64,000 bases of DNA from Lingula anatina. Its lineage: Eukaryota; Animalia; Brachiopoda. The notes beneath the pieces are model-generated. The model ran no database searches. It saw only the letters and a program-made list of their open reading frames with translations, and was not told where the DNA came from. The position numbers and the translations under genes are program-made. The stretch is from contig CM120643.1 of NCBI GenBank assembly GCA_051362555.1, positions 20,588,848-20,652,847 of the forward strand. The letters run 5' to 3'. This document shows, piece after piece, positions 11,479 through 24,100 of this stretch (position 1 is its first letter; every line of letters begins with the position of its first letter).

Positions 11479-14400
11479 CTTATTTGCAATATTAAACAAA
11501 ATTTGCCTGCATAATTATCACTGCTTCCTTATTATTAATCTAGCAGAGAGCTTTACCTTTGGGAGTTTACAGGGAAATATCAACAAGTGTGCTTTACGTA
11601 ATCTCATTTAATGGCCTATTAAAGCAAATGACTTTATAACTCTGAAATTAATCTAGTGATACCCAAGGGTAATTTACACACTGACCCACTCAAAGGTCTT
11701 CAGGCCCATAAGTCACACCTTAAGAAAAGCACAAAACCATAATGCCCAAAAAAGGAGACTACCAATCCTGATGCAATAATACATTATGTTTAACTGCACA
11801 GTCAACATCAACTTATGCACAACAGGTAACACAGACGAAAGTAAAAGCATAAGGCTCCAGGCCCATCAGAGTTCAAGTTTATACTTAGAAAGTGCCAGAA
11901 TGAGAAAAATGAAAATTTCACAAAAAATGCATAAATACAATAAACATGATAATCCAATAGAGCTGGTTTTCTCATGAGCTGAAGGCCAATCCTAAAAATC
12001 GTACTTGTAAGTTTAAAATTATAATAAGTAGCACAGTTTTCTTTTCATAATGTTTGCAGTAGCAGTGCAAAAAGATTGTTGTCAATTTTGATGTAACATT
12101 ACATAATAAATTAGAGAATAATTATCACCAATTTTTGTTTATTGACTATAAATAGGATGGACATGTAGAAAATATGATTACCATTTAGCTTCATGTCCAT
12201 GGGAGCTCCGAGTCCCACAATGAATATGCCAAAAAGATAATGAATATTACACTAAAATGTATAACTTCCAGAAAAAGAAGCCAATTAGACTGCTTTTCTA
12301 ACTCAGGCTGCATTTTAGTCCTGTGTTTCTTTTTTGAAAGTTTGACAGTCATAAGAAACACGGTTTTCCCATAATGGTCATCAAGGCAGCAGCACCAAAA
12401 ATTGTGTTTTCTTCTATTTTGATGCAAAATTACATAATGCTTAACAGCATACTGACCATCGATTTTTAATAATAAAATATAAGTGTCATGGATTTTCACA
12501 AAATGTGACTAGCATGGGTCTTCAAGCCCGTAGAGGTTCTATGTCACACCTTGGAAATGCCAATATGTGAAAAATTAAATTTTCACAAAAAACTGTTTAA
12601 TTGCCAGAAAAATTTACCAAACAGACTGCATTGCCTACTGAAGCTGTATTTTAGTCACATGTTTCTTTCCTGTAAGTTTGAGAACAGTAAGTGACATCAT
12701 TTTCATTAAATGGTCATCATGGGAGCAGTGCCCAAAATAGGGGTTTCTTCAAATTTTGATGCAATATTACATAATGTTTTACAGCATAATGACCATCAAT
12801 TTTTAATTATAAAATATTAGTATCATGGTTATTCAGAAAATGTAACTAGCAAAAGTCTTCAGGCCCATGGAACTTCAAAGTCACATATTGAAAATGCCAA
12901 AATGTAAACAAGACAGCACTGTTCTGAAACGGGTTTATTTCCAGTTCTAACACTTTTTTAACATAAAACAAAATAAACAGTTTACTGCCATTTTTATATG
13001 ACCAATGAAGAAAATTGATGAGATGGGAAAAGTATCAATAGAACAGTGTTAAATGTCCAACTTCCTTCATTCTGAGATTCTGAACATAGTGGATGAATGC
13101 ATCTGACAAACTGCAATGATATGAGTTAATTTCCATTTCTGACACTTTATTACACAATACATGATAACAAGTTTACCATCATTTTTACAAAATCAACTAA
13201 CAATGTTGTAAAGATGCAGGAAATGTCAAACAAACACTTTTACGTATCTTATTAGTTCAATAATGAGACTGTTAACATGCCTAAGAATTGAATGTGAGGA
13301 AATGTGAAAAAACAGCATAACTTCTAAAATATTGGACTGATTATGCTGATTTTCAAACTCAACCTGCGTTTTAGTAAGATTGGCCCCTCCTGTGAGTATA
13401 ATGACAATTGGCCAATCTGTTTTTCTTATATTGTGTTATCAGTGTTGCATATATACTGAAAAAAGTGAAAAAACAGCATAAATTCTGTATAAGTGACCCG
13501 ATCGTGCTGATTTTCGAACTTGACCTGCGTATTATGAATATTTATCAGTTCTGTAAGTTTCAAGCCAAAAGGTAAAATGGTTTTCCACTTATCGTGTTAT
13601 CGGTGCTGCATATATGCTGAAAAAAGTGAAAAAACAGCATAAATTCCCTATAAGTGACCCGATCATGCTGATTTTCGAACTCGACCTGCGTATTATGAAT
13701 ATTCATCAGTTCTGTAAGTTTCAAACAAAAAGAAAAAACAGTTTTCCACTTATCGTGGCGAGGACAGCAACGACGACGGCGACGACAGATGCAGATGACG
13801 GCTATATGTACAGACACATTGTGTTATCGGTAAAAGTGCACGGCGACGGCGACGACGGCGACGACAGCGACGACGGCGACGACAGACGCATATGATGGCT
13901 ATATGTACAGACACATCTGTGTCTGTACATAAAAACAGCATAAATTACCTAAAAGTGACCCGATCATGCTGATTTTCGAACTTGACCTGCGTATTATGAA
14001 TATTCATCAGTTCTGTAAGTTTCAAGTCAAAAGGTAAAATGGTTTTCCACTTATCGTGTTATCGGTGCTGCATATATGCTGAAAAAAGTGAAAAAACAGC
14101 ATAAATTACCTAAAAGTGACCCGATCATGCTGATTATCGAACTTGACCTGCGTATTATGAATATCGTGCACGGCGACGGCGACGACGGCAACGACAGCGA
14201 CGACGGCGACGACAGACGCAGATGACGGCTATATGTACAGACACATCGTGTTATCGGTAAAAGTGCACGGCGACGGCGACGACGGCGACGACAGCGACGA
14301 CGGCGACGACAGACGCATATGATGGCTATATGTACAGACACATCTGTGTCTGTACATAAAAACAGCATAAATTACCTAAAAGTGACCCGATCATGCTGAT

Positions 14401-14989
14401 TTTCGAACTTGACCTGCGTATTATGAATATTCATCAGTTCTGTAAGTTTCAAGTCAAAAGGTAAAATGGTTTTCCACTTATCGTGTTATCGGTGCTGCAT
14501 ATATGCTGAAAAAAGTGAAAAAACAGCATAAATTACCTAAAAGTGACCCGATCATGCTGATTTTCGAACTTGACCTGCGTATTATGAATATTCATCAGTT
14601 CTGTAAGTTTCAAGTCAAAAGGTAAAATGGTTTTCCACTTATCATGTTATCGGTGCTGCATACATGCTGAAAAAAGTGAAAAAACAGCATAAATTCCCTA
14701 AAAGTAACCCGATCATGCTGATTTTTGAACTTGACCTGTGTATTATGAATATTCATCAGTTCTGTAAGTTTCAAGTCAAAAGGTAAAATGGTTTTCCACT
14801 TATCGTGTTATCGGTGCTGTATATATGCTGAAAAAAGTGAAAAAAACAGCATAAATTCCCTAAAAGTGACCCGATCATGCTGATTTTCGAACTTGACCTG
14901 CGTATTATGAATATTCATCAGTTCTGCAAGTTTCAAGTCAAAAGGTAAAATGGTTTTCCACTTATCGTGTTATCGGTAAAAGTGCACGG

Positions 14990-15020
<31 letters not shown>

Positions 15021-16061
15021 AGACGCAGATGATGGCTAAATGTACAGACACATCTGTGTCTGTAGATAAAAATCGAGGTGTTTCTAGTTCACCTTTCATA
15101 AAACTGGTACAAATTATGATTGAGGGATTAAGGACTATAAAATATTAAAGAAAGGTACATATTTCTAAGCAAAACTACCCTGGGTTTCAGAGATTTCTGG
15201 TGACTAACTGGTAACAGTGATGGAAAAGGCAAAAGATTGCTCATGAGAGAAACCAGTTTTGCTAAATCTCTGAAATTAGGGATGAAGTAACTGTAAGCTG
15301 AAGGTAGAAAATGGGGGTAATTTTGAATAAAAAAGAGTCAAGTAGCCAAAAATTGTGCTTATGAAAACACTTTTTGATCAAACTTATAGTGTACATGCCC
15401 AGGTAATTACTGTAAGTGTTTATCCCAAGATGTATCAATAAAAAATATTTTACAACTGCAATGCGTCAATTAGCTAAAACATGTACTAGTATATGAAGGC
15501 AGAGGTGATAAACAATCATATATGTACATTGTATAGACCTGTCAAATCAATTCAAAAATGAGAAACAAACTGAAATCATGAGTAGGCAATAAATTCACCA
15601 ATGACATCTTTTATTATTTCCATGGTAGCAGGCAGTCACTAAAAACAAAAACCAAAACACCTCCAAAGAAAAACATTACCTAAATCTTTCATCAATTTTG
15701 TAGAAGCATTCCTCAGATGCAGCGGCACACCTGGTAATGGCCCCTGATGGTTTTGTATGGATTGTTTAGCTTTGGCGTAAGCAGCATATGCCTCGTTTGA
15801 CTTGGGAGCTTTGGCCAGGTATACAGTACAGTGGCAGAGGTTGATCTGAAGGGAGATGAAGAAATCTCATTGATCAGATGGACAATTTAAATCGTAAATA
15901 ATTAAAAAATTTAATTTAAAAATACATCTCTTTAACTGGCATGCCGTAAGTGTTAGACTTACATGTACATATGGCAAATTTTATTTCTTAGGAAATTTTG
16001 ATTCTGTTTGCTCAATCATCAAAGTACGTTTGTATATGTACATATATTGTATGTGTATACC

Positions 16062-16100
<39 letters not shown>

Positions 16101-19100
16101 AAACTGTTCACAGAATTACTATCAGTAAACCAATTTTGGATGTTCTTGGTTTCTCATAATCTAGATTCGCTCTCGAAGTGGAGACATGCATGGATGGGTA
16201 CAAATAAAAGAGCAAAAAGGGCTAAAATGCATTTAGAATAACTTAAAATGCATTGATATATATACTACTAGCATGTAGTATATGCAGCTAACTAAGTGGT
16301 GAGAATATATGTAACTGAAACCTTTTTCAGAACAAATGAAACTAAAAAGAAAGTATCGTTCAGACATGAGCCCGGGGTTTTAGAAAAAACTATGAACATT
16401 TATTGCGGAACCAAACACCTTACATAATTTTTTGGGGGAGTTAATTGCTCTGGGATCATGTAAAAAAGTGTAATTCCGTGTTTCCGCGGAAAAAGCTCAT
16501 GTCTGATTGTTTTAAAGGGGAAAGATACGTTACTTCACATTCAGGCCTTCCAATGAAATGGCAAGCTTGGTATGTTGCAACTGCAAGTGGCAGTGCCTGT
16601 GGATCTGCAAGACCTGCAGTACAAATAACATGAGTATTACACTTTACCCCAACACAGACAGATACTTTGATCATACCATACAAGGAGAGGAGTTTGGTCC
16701 TACCCTATTCAAAAATTAAAGAAAAAAACTGAGGGCAACATTCATCAGTAAATGAAGTGAACAAATAGCAGATCAGACTTTTTCTGATAAATTAAGTCAG
16801 CCAAAATCAGGAGAGGTAAAAAAACTAAGCACTCTCAAAGTTTCAGACAAAATAGTTACCGATGTCTTCACTGGCACACACTACCAGCCTCCTTGCAATG
16901 AAGAGTGGATCCTCCCCTCCCAGTGTCATTCTTGCCAGCCAGTAGAGGGCGCCATTTGGGTCTGAGCCTCTTATTGATTTCTGTAGGGCAGAGGCACAAT
17001 GATAGTGTTCATCACCTGAAAATTGCCCACATTCAAAATATCAACTGGAGCAGTACGTTTATGAGTTGCCTACACCATATGATATGGGAGATTTATTTTA
17101 ATATTATCAATAGTTAAACCTTTGGAAAACAGAATGCACAACTTGGACACCAGTGAGACTAAACTGCAAGTAAAATAAATTATTCTGAAGATTTTAAACA
17201 AAGTTCTTTTGAACATTGTACTGTACGTTACATTAAATTTCAGATACTGTTACTTGTTCCCTTGTAACTTGATTTATTGTTTTTTCTCTTAGAAATGTTG
17301 TTAAACAAATTTTTTGCTTTGGAATTAATGAAACCATGCAAACACTGAACAACTGGAATCTTTGCAAAGCTATGGTTAGAATGAATTTTCTGGTACCACC
17401 ATGTCATATTGTGAAATTTATTGTATAAACCTAAAACAATTTTATCTGAAGTCACAATTACATTACAGGTATCTGTACAAGGATAAAGTGCATTAGGCAG
17501 ACAAGAAAGCTCATAATGTGAAGTCACAATATGAAAATCAAATATGAGGTTTATGTATATTAAACATAATGTATATTACCTGCTCTGTCATAATTAATAT
17601 GCGACCTTTGCAATCCTTCCTTTACGTGCTCCACATCCACAACTACATATTCCTCTCCCATATCTGGCGTTTTCTCACCTGCCATTTCATTCTCTCCTGC
17701 CACATCTGATTTTCTCTTTTTTTGAGAGACAGCCATTTTCTCAGCAAGCATTTGCCTGGAAATATTATTTTAAAAATATATCCAGTCTATACAATGTATG
17801 ATGATGATTTGACATGACAGGTGTGTCAATCCTACACACCCCCAGGCAATGGCAGAGTAATTAATTAGAATTACTTAAAATATCAGATATCTAAACTATG
17901 GATACCTAATAAAACCAGTGAGCTTTTGAGTATGCAATAATATTTCTAAATATCACTTCTTCGACCAATACAGCGTATTGAAATTAATCAAAAATGTTCT
18001 GTTCAAATTTTATCAGTAACATATGCAATATCCGCTGACCTGGATTCTTTCCCATAATTGCCATGCCTTGCTGCCTTGTAAAAGGCCAGTCTTGATTCGA
18101 TAGCATTCTGCAGAGTGTTCAGTGATGAACGCGCATCTCCATCACAGAGGTTTGCTAGGTACTTTACAGCATCTTTGGTAATAAATTTTCTAGGTCTGAG
18201 GAAAAAGTAATTCATTAAGTATACAAGAAGGTTTTAAAGATACAGTGTAATACTAGAATTACAATGTAGTCTAGACAAGTCTTTTCTAGTTTGTGTCTTC
18301 TTTGAGACTTTATCCACATAAGACAGAGCTTCTACATGTAAGTTATAATATAATATAATATAATATTTTTAAAATCAGTACGAATCTTGCTCATTAGTGA
18401 AGAATCTGTAAGTCCTAAATAGTTCATACTTCTCTGTGGTGGAATTTCTTTCAACAAGTTTCTTGGCATCATTTATACTTCCAACTACTTCAACACATAA
18501 ATGCTGCAAAGCTCTGTTTAAAATGGTCACAATCTCCTCCGCTGTCAGCTTCTCTAACACAATGAGTTTACATCTGCTCAGCAATGCAGAGTTAACTTTA
18601 AAGGAAGGGTTCTCTGTAGTAGCACCAATCAGGGTTATTGTACCATCTTCCACATGGGGAAGGAATGCATCCTAAATTATGTATGAAAGAAATGTTAAGA
18701 TGTATGGTATTTTGATTTCTGCCATGTTTTAAAAATGTCCTACGTGCCCAGCAATTAATCTTTAATTATGCAAATCATCAAGACATGTTGGTAATATATT
18801 CCTGAAATTATGTATAGAGGTGGGGTGGAAACAGGTACAAACAGGCATACAACATTCTTTTTTTTTTTTTTGTCAAAATGTGGAGTTGTAAATCAGGTAC
18901 CACTTGAATGGAGGGTAAGCAACTTAAGTTAAAAAATTATATTCAACATGCCCTTCTTGGTGTGATAACATCAAAATTTGTGTCCTCCTCTATCAGAGAA
19001 GGATCCAATACATGGTAACGAAATTCTATCTTGTCAATAAAGAACAGGACCTGTACAAAATCAAGGGCAGATATTGGGATATTGCCCCCCCCCTCAAAAA

Positions 19101-20209
19101 AAAAAAATAATAAATAAAATAATAATAATAAAGATGTTACAAGCTGTATAACAAAATACAAAGCAACTTTTCCTTCCTTATATCCTACATACTGGTTTGT
19201 CGTAGTGTCTTTGTCTACCATGTTATATTGTTATATTATATAAGGTACACTGGGGTAGCGCTAGCAATTTTTTTTCGTTTAGCCAAATCACTGCTTTTTG
19301 GTCAATTTGTTATCCAAATGGTTTTAATTTGACTAAAATTAGTCAAATCAAACCCTTTTTGTTGAGTCAAATTAAGCAGTTCTTAGCATTTGGCTAAATT
19401 GGTGAGTGTTAGCGCTACCCCTGGTACATTTTTCTCTTTCCCCTCCCTTCTCTTATTTAAGTCCTAGATCTGCCACTAAATATGTGTTTTTCTACCTGTT
19501 GTGTCTTGTTGAACCTATGGACTTCATCAATGAACAGAATGGTTTTCCTTTTAAACAAGGCCAGCTCATTCTTTGCTTTTTTGGCTTCTTCCTTGACATC
19601 ATTGACCCCTGAACCTGTTGCTGACATTTGTACAAACCGAGAATTGTTCTTCTTTTTACTAGCATTAGCTATGATACGGGCAAGGGTGGTCTAAAAAATT
19701 GATGACATAAAATGTTATTATTATTAAGTTGCATCACATTTTTTCAATAATTACATTATATCCAAGTATGTCCAATCTCCCTGAAAGAAAGTTTTGTCTA
19801 CAGGCAAAGAAAGCAATTTTTAATGCATCATATAATCGACAGCTTTCAATGCAAACCTTTTAATGACCTACTTAACAAATATCTAAATTAAAAAAATAGA
19901 TTTCAAATTAAGAAAAAATATCAAGAATCAAACACTTATTGGGTGTAGAAAATATAGCATGAAAATTTCTGCATTACCAATCTTACTTTTTTTATATGTA
20001 TTACATATATAGTGCTTGTCAAAAATATTTTTTTAAATCACGCACACAAATGTGACTGCCAACACATGAATTTTTATGCTTATAAAGAGTTCACATACGT
20101 TGTTTGAAACTAATAAAATTTTAATTGAAAATGGTTTATCCTGCAGAATATCTATATATTTCTCTATACAACATAAAATGTTGATGAAAAGAGTAACAAG
20201 CTTCACATG

Positions 20210-20263
<54 letters not shown>

Positions 20264-20899
20264 CGGAGCGATTGCAGTTTGTAAAACGAAAGTGAAAGTG
20301 ATCACCTTTCCACAACCAGGTGGTCCCCACAATATCATGGAGGGTATCGCGTGCGCATCAAGAAGTGACCGGAGTAGTTTATTACTCCCCAGTACTTGTG
20401 TCTGTCCAATGTAATCATCTAATGTCAGTGGACGCATTTGCTCAGCTAAAGGCTTGTGTCCATCTTTCCCGCCAAAACCTAGGCACGAGTTTTCAGACGC
20501 ATGCATTGTACGGCTTGTGCACGATGTTGTCGCTACCCCCGAGGGTTGTGCTGACCTTGTATTAAAAAAGTTATTTTCGTTTGTAGTCTGATCTGACTGG
20601 CTGATCTGTGAAGAAGCATGTGACCCTTTCATACGGGGAATTCCCCCCTTTTGAGGGATCTCCTTCCTGTTTGGACTCGCCAGGAAACCCCAACTTGCCG
20701 CGATTTTTGTCTCTTCACTTTCAAACTTCTTTTTCTTTCTAGGTGGCATGTCATCCTCGCATTTCCCGTCTGTTGACGTCTCTCCTATGCACTTAGTATC
20801 TTCAGTCTTCAGACATTGATCGATGTGACTGTTTATTGTCCCGACAGTGCACTTCTTTCCGCACACCGGGCAATCAACGGCTTGATTGGGCGCAGCCAT
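10434..20899 (-). CDS. WRNIP1: ATPase WRNIP1 (Werner helicase-interacting protein 1; MgsA/RarA family), 9 exons, 624 aa
   Basis: Exons 20306-20899, 19496-19690, 18430-18671, 18040-18195, 17580-17755, 16860-17015, 16534-16613, 15680-15845, 10434-10543 (1875 nt, ending TAA). Motifs: N-terminal UBZ4 finger [20 protein letters not shown], Walker A GPPGCGK|TT, Walker [61 protein letters not shown]. Confidence 0.96.
10739..10905. mobile_element. MITE, CAGGGGCGGAT-TIR family (decayed copy), 6-bp TSD caataa
   Basis: Aligns end to end with 60076-60244 and is flanked by caataa on both sides. Confidence 0.8.
11136..11370 (+). mobile_element. Short HINE-like interspersed element, copy 1
   Basis: aactagaaaagcact..gagagtgcagacctctgccaagg ... 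acagacaaac ... aaaatataaccccttggcagag..gaggtaa, with subterminal inverted repeat ctctgccaag/cttggcagag. Homologous to 28011-28231 and 38251-38495. Confidence 0.7.
11419..11477. repeat. (TA)n microsatellite
   Basis: Perfect TA run. Confidence 0.95.
11690..12910. repeat. Diverged ~330-bp tandem repeats
   Basis: tttgatgcaa(t/a)attacataatg...gtcttca(g/a)gccc...gtcacac..(g)aaatgccaa recurs at ~11770, ~12088, ~12420 and ~12757, with another partial copy at ~10650. Confidence 0.7.
13290..15072. repeat. 161-bp tandem repeat array interleaved with (GACGGC)n + hairpin modules
   Basis: Unit marker ctgaaaaaagtgaaaaaacagcataaatt occurs at 13456, 13617, 14079, 14506, 14667 and 14828 (period 161). A ~427-bp higher-order duplication is seen at 13831 vs 14258. 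Full hairpin modules end at ~13935, ~14362 and ~15072. Confidence 0.95.
15178..15281. repeat. Foldback/MITE-like inverted repeat
   Basis: ccctgggtttcagagattt ... aaatctctgaaattaggg; the termini resemble those of 27392-27480. Confidence 0.55.
16066..16096. repeat. (TA)n microsatellite
   Basis: TA run. Confidence 0.9.
19250..19423. mobile_element. MITE (174 bp) with 5-bp TSD gtaca
   Basis: TIR ctggggtagcgctag / ttagcgctacccctg, with gtaca on both flanks. Confidence 0.8.
20211..20259. repeat. (ATA)n microsatellite
   Basis: Perfect trinucleotide run in WRNIP1 intron 1. Confidence 0.95.
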
Positions 20900-21197
20900 C
20901 TTGAAAAACTAGCGCCCTCTATAAACATTAGAGCGAATCGAGTTAGTTTAATATCCGGCTGGGTCAGCACTTTCATTTATCTGATATCAAACGCTTTATC
21001 TATGCCATCGTGGCTGGTGCTTTTAAGTAATATTTTTGATTGGCACTTTTTCAAGGTGGAAGTTTATTCACCAAAGTTCGCTCGGGGAGAACATGTTGGG
21101 GTGAATTTCGCACAATGTTGACCTATCATTTCACTCTTGCATAATTTTTGTACAAGTTAAGTTCGAGTCGTTGACTTCCGCGATCTTCCCGTTCAAC
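20900..21197. promoter_or_regulatory. Bidirectional promoter shared by WRNIP1 and DENND11
   Basis: The divergent ATGs are separated by 298 bp of CpG-retaining DNA. YY1-like CAAGATGGCTGC overlaps the WRNIP1 ATG and AACATGGC overlaps the DENND11 ATG. An ETS-like ACTTCCG lies at 21174-21180. Confidence 0.75.
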
Positions 21198-24100
21198 ATG
21201 GCAGAGGAGCGGACGCCGCTGCTCAACTTAGACGATGAAAGCACAGATTTTCAAGATCCCAGACAGATAATCAGGTCTCTTTATAAGAGGGATAATCACC
21301 TAGGAGTTCTTTCAACGCAGGATGAAGGGCTGATTAGGATAAGTCCGACCAACTCGGAGCAAAATTTGACAGAAGTGGACCATATTGTGTCTGTGTTTGT
21401 TGTGGCTTTTGATACAAAAGCAGGTAATCAGTCACTAACATGAATTTGCAGGTATTATATGTATGATTATTATTACAGTAAAGTGTTATCGATATCAAGT
21501 ACGCGGTCGTTATGTAAAATCAGAAAGATAGTACATGTACTGGTACATGCATGTATGCTAGCTTGGATATTTACTGATTTATTTTCACCAAATTGATTTG
21601 AATTGTTTTTAAAAAGTTAAAAACTTGATCAAAGTGATGCACGATACAGTACATGTGTATATGGCTCTGATACTGATACTGATAAATATGGTATACTAGT
21701 ACAGTAGTAGCCTATATCATTCGACGGCTATGAGTATACATGAAAATGTGCTGGAGGCTGCCAGGTATGTCACTGATACATACTGCATGGTAGATCTAGA
21801 GATAGTTAATATTCTAATAACCCCTCCCCCCCACATTACCCCTTATTTAAGCCAGGAGATATAACAGTGTAGTATGTAACAAAAAGGTATCTGTCCTATG
21901 AATCTTGATATACTGGTATAATGGATCGAGATATTTTATTTCTTTTAATTAAGATAATACCAATACTCAGTATGCTTAAAGGTGCATGTTAATTTATTTA
22001 AGAGAAACAGTATATGTACTATTTATTTTTCATTCCAGGAAATGTGATAGAGTGGTGCCTTCCACAAGAAATGGATCTTGAGGGAGTAGAATTTAAATCT
22101 ATGCCAAGCGGGTCACATCATCTCTTAAAAGATTTTGTGTAAGTATAGGGTACTCAACTTAGGGTTCATCATTCTGTACTTGGGAAATTTCAGGTGTTCT
22201 GTAAATAAGTAAAGATACATGCTATGCAAATACCCATATTTACTAAGTTTTCTGCTGCATTGATCTGTTAAAACTGAAGCTTGGCATTTCCATGCCTGTT
22301 ACTGAGTTCAGAAATAGAGATTAGAAATATGCATTTTTTTTGATAGTGTATACTTATGATTGCATAAATACATTGTATACTTAACCATGCATTTTTTTCA
22401 TTCAATAAAATTTTATCATGCTTGCTGCTTAATTATTTTAAATGGAAACTTACAGACTTGTGTCCTTTATGAGGGTGAAAAATGAACTTTCAAATTAATT
22501 TATGTGTATTCATTTGTATGACCAGGAAGTTAACATATCATGTACATGCCTGTAGACAATTTGGGCTGACCTTTCTCTGTCCCAACTTTGATTAGAACTT
22601 CATATTCCATTTTGTTCTCGAGCGTTTGTTGTAGTAGTGGTGACGGGGAAAACAGGGACTGCATTTGCTTCCTATGGCAGATCTCACTTGAAGGTATCCT
22701 GTCCTTAAATTCAGTTTTCCTTAAAAAAATAAAATAAAATAATATTTAGGAAAAAAAGAAACCCTTTTTCTACTCACCCTACAATTTCAAAATTTGTGTA
22801 TGCTACTTTTATTTGCGATATTTTATCATTTTTAAGGTCTGAATTGGGGAAGGTAAGTAGCTTAAAAAGTGTGCAGGATATGTTGTCCTGGAAAACATGC
22901 CCTAGAAACATTTTCAACTGCAGTAAAACTTTAACCAGATAACAAGTCCCCAGCTTTGGACTGTACCAACAAGGGGGGGTCCATCTTGGGAGTCGGGGAC
23001 TGTATGTATACTATGTTCTTGAAGCCAGGTGTCTAACCTTAAGTGCAGTGTGAGAACCTGTGTGTTGGGTTCTTTGGGAGTTAGTTCATATTGATTTCCT
23101 GTGTACAGCATGGTTAACTAAGCAGATAAATCAACACATCATCAACATGCTTGTGGTCATGTTACCATTAAAAATGCACCAGCCTTGCTATTACTGACAA
23201 GGAAGCCTGCCAAATGCTTGGTAAATTTAGATGTATGATGGTGATTACTTGTAGAATTTAATTTGCAGCAGAATTGATTGCGTTTTTCCATGTAACACAA
23301 TTATGTTTTGTTATTGTGCTCGGAAAAGCTTAGTAGAAAGTTTTGAATAACTAGTTTGGCATATGTCAGAAAAGCATATTTTTGTGAAACAAAAAAAGAA
23401 TAATTGAAGTCATGAGGGTCAGTTTTGAGGAAGATTTTTAGCCCAAAAATTGGCCAGTTTGTCCTCCAAATGTACAACAATGCATGAGTTACATTCTTGA
23501 CTTGTTTAATAAATCCATACCAATTTTCTGCAGTGTGCATTTATCACGTAATTACTGAAGTGAGCTATTCCATCAAAATTGCCATTTTTTTCATCAATCA
23601 GTACACAAAGTATCATCAATTATACAATGAATTGCGGATGTGCCTGCTATCCATAATTTTCACTTTAGAGAAGAGTACTTTCAGGTATTATTCTGGTTTG
23701 TATAATACATCTAAGGCAGTAAACGAAAAGATGGTGACATTTCCAGAACTGTGTTTGTACTAGTACATAAAGAGCACTGTACGTTGCATTAATAGCTACA
23801 TGTACAACGCATCTTCTTTCTTATGCATCTTGGTAACTTGCTTTTTGTCAGTGTTTGTACAGTGAATTAGCTGAGGGCGGGATATTGATTCTTGTTAACT
23901 CATGTGTAGGATGTTCTCTGAAGGCGCATTTACATTGCAGTTGTAACATCTTAATTTAATACTATATACTGTCTCAGCTGAATATGATTCCTAACCATCC
24001 ATACAACTGGGCATGGCTAGTGTCTTAAATCAATTATTTCTCTGGAGGATGGTACAATGGAGAGACAAGATTTATCCTACCTGGTTTGAAGGTTTCATAA

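Larger units (their letters stand above)
10577..15072. mobile_element. Large non-autonomous Helentron/HINE-like element with internal tandem arrays, in WRNIP1 intron 8
   Basis: The left end aacaagg...atgtacagaca (10599-10609) is inverted relative to the right-end hairpin atgtacagacac-atct-gtgtctgta(c/g)at followed by an A-run. A (GACGGCGAC)n microsatellite precedes the hairpin. Internal tandem repeats are ~330 bp (old) and 161 bp (young). The left boundary is inferred. Confidence 0.6.

Noticed and set aside
13560-14368. Arg-rich or Asp-rich ORFs (13560-13817, 13614-13895, 13750-13941, 14051-14368)
   Set aside because: These are translations of the (GACGGC)n microsatellite and the tandem repeat, with no protein-like features.
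13290-15072. CRISPR-like appearance of the regularly spaced repeats with a palindrome
   Set aside because: Whole 161-bp units repeat with no unique spacers, there are no cas genes, and the locus is a eukaryotic intron.
20033-20305. C-terminal poly-Ile extension of the 288-aa ORF
   Set aside because: It is read-through into WRNIP1 intron 1 and the (ATA)n microsatellite; the real exon ends at the donor at 20306.
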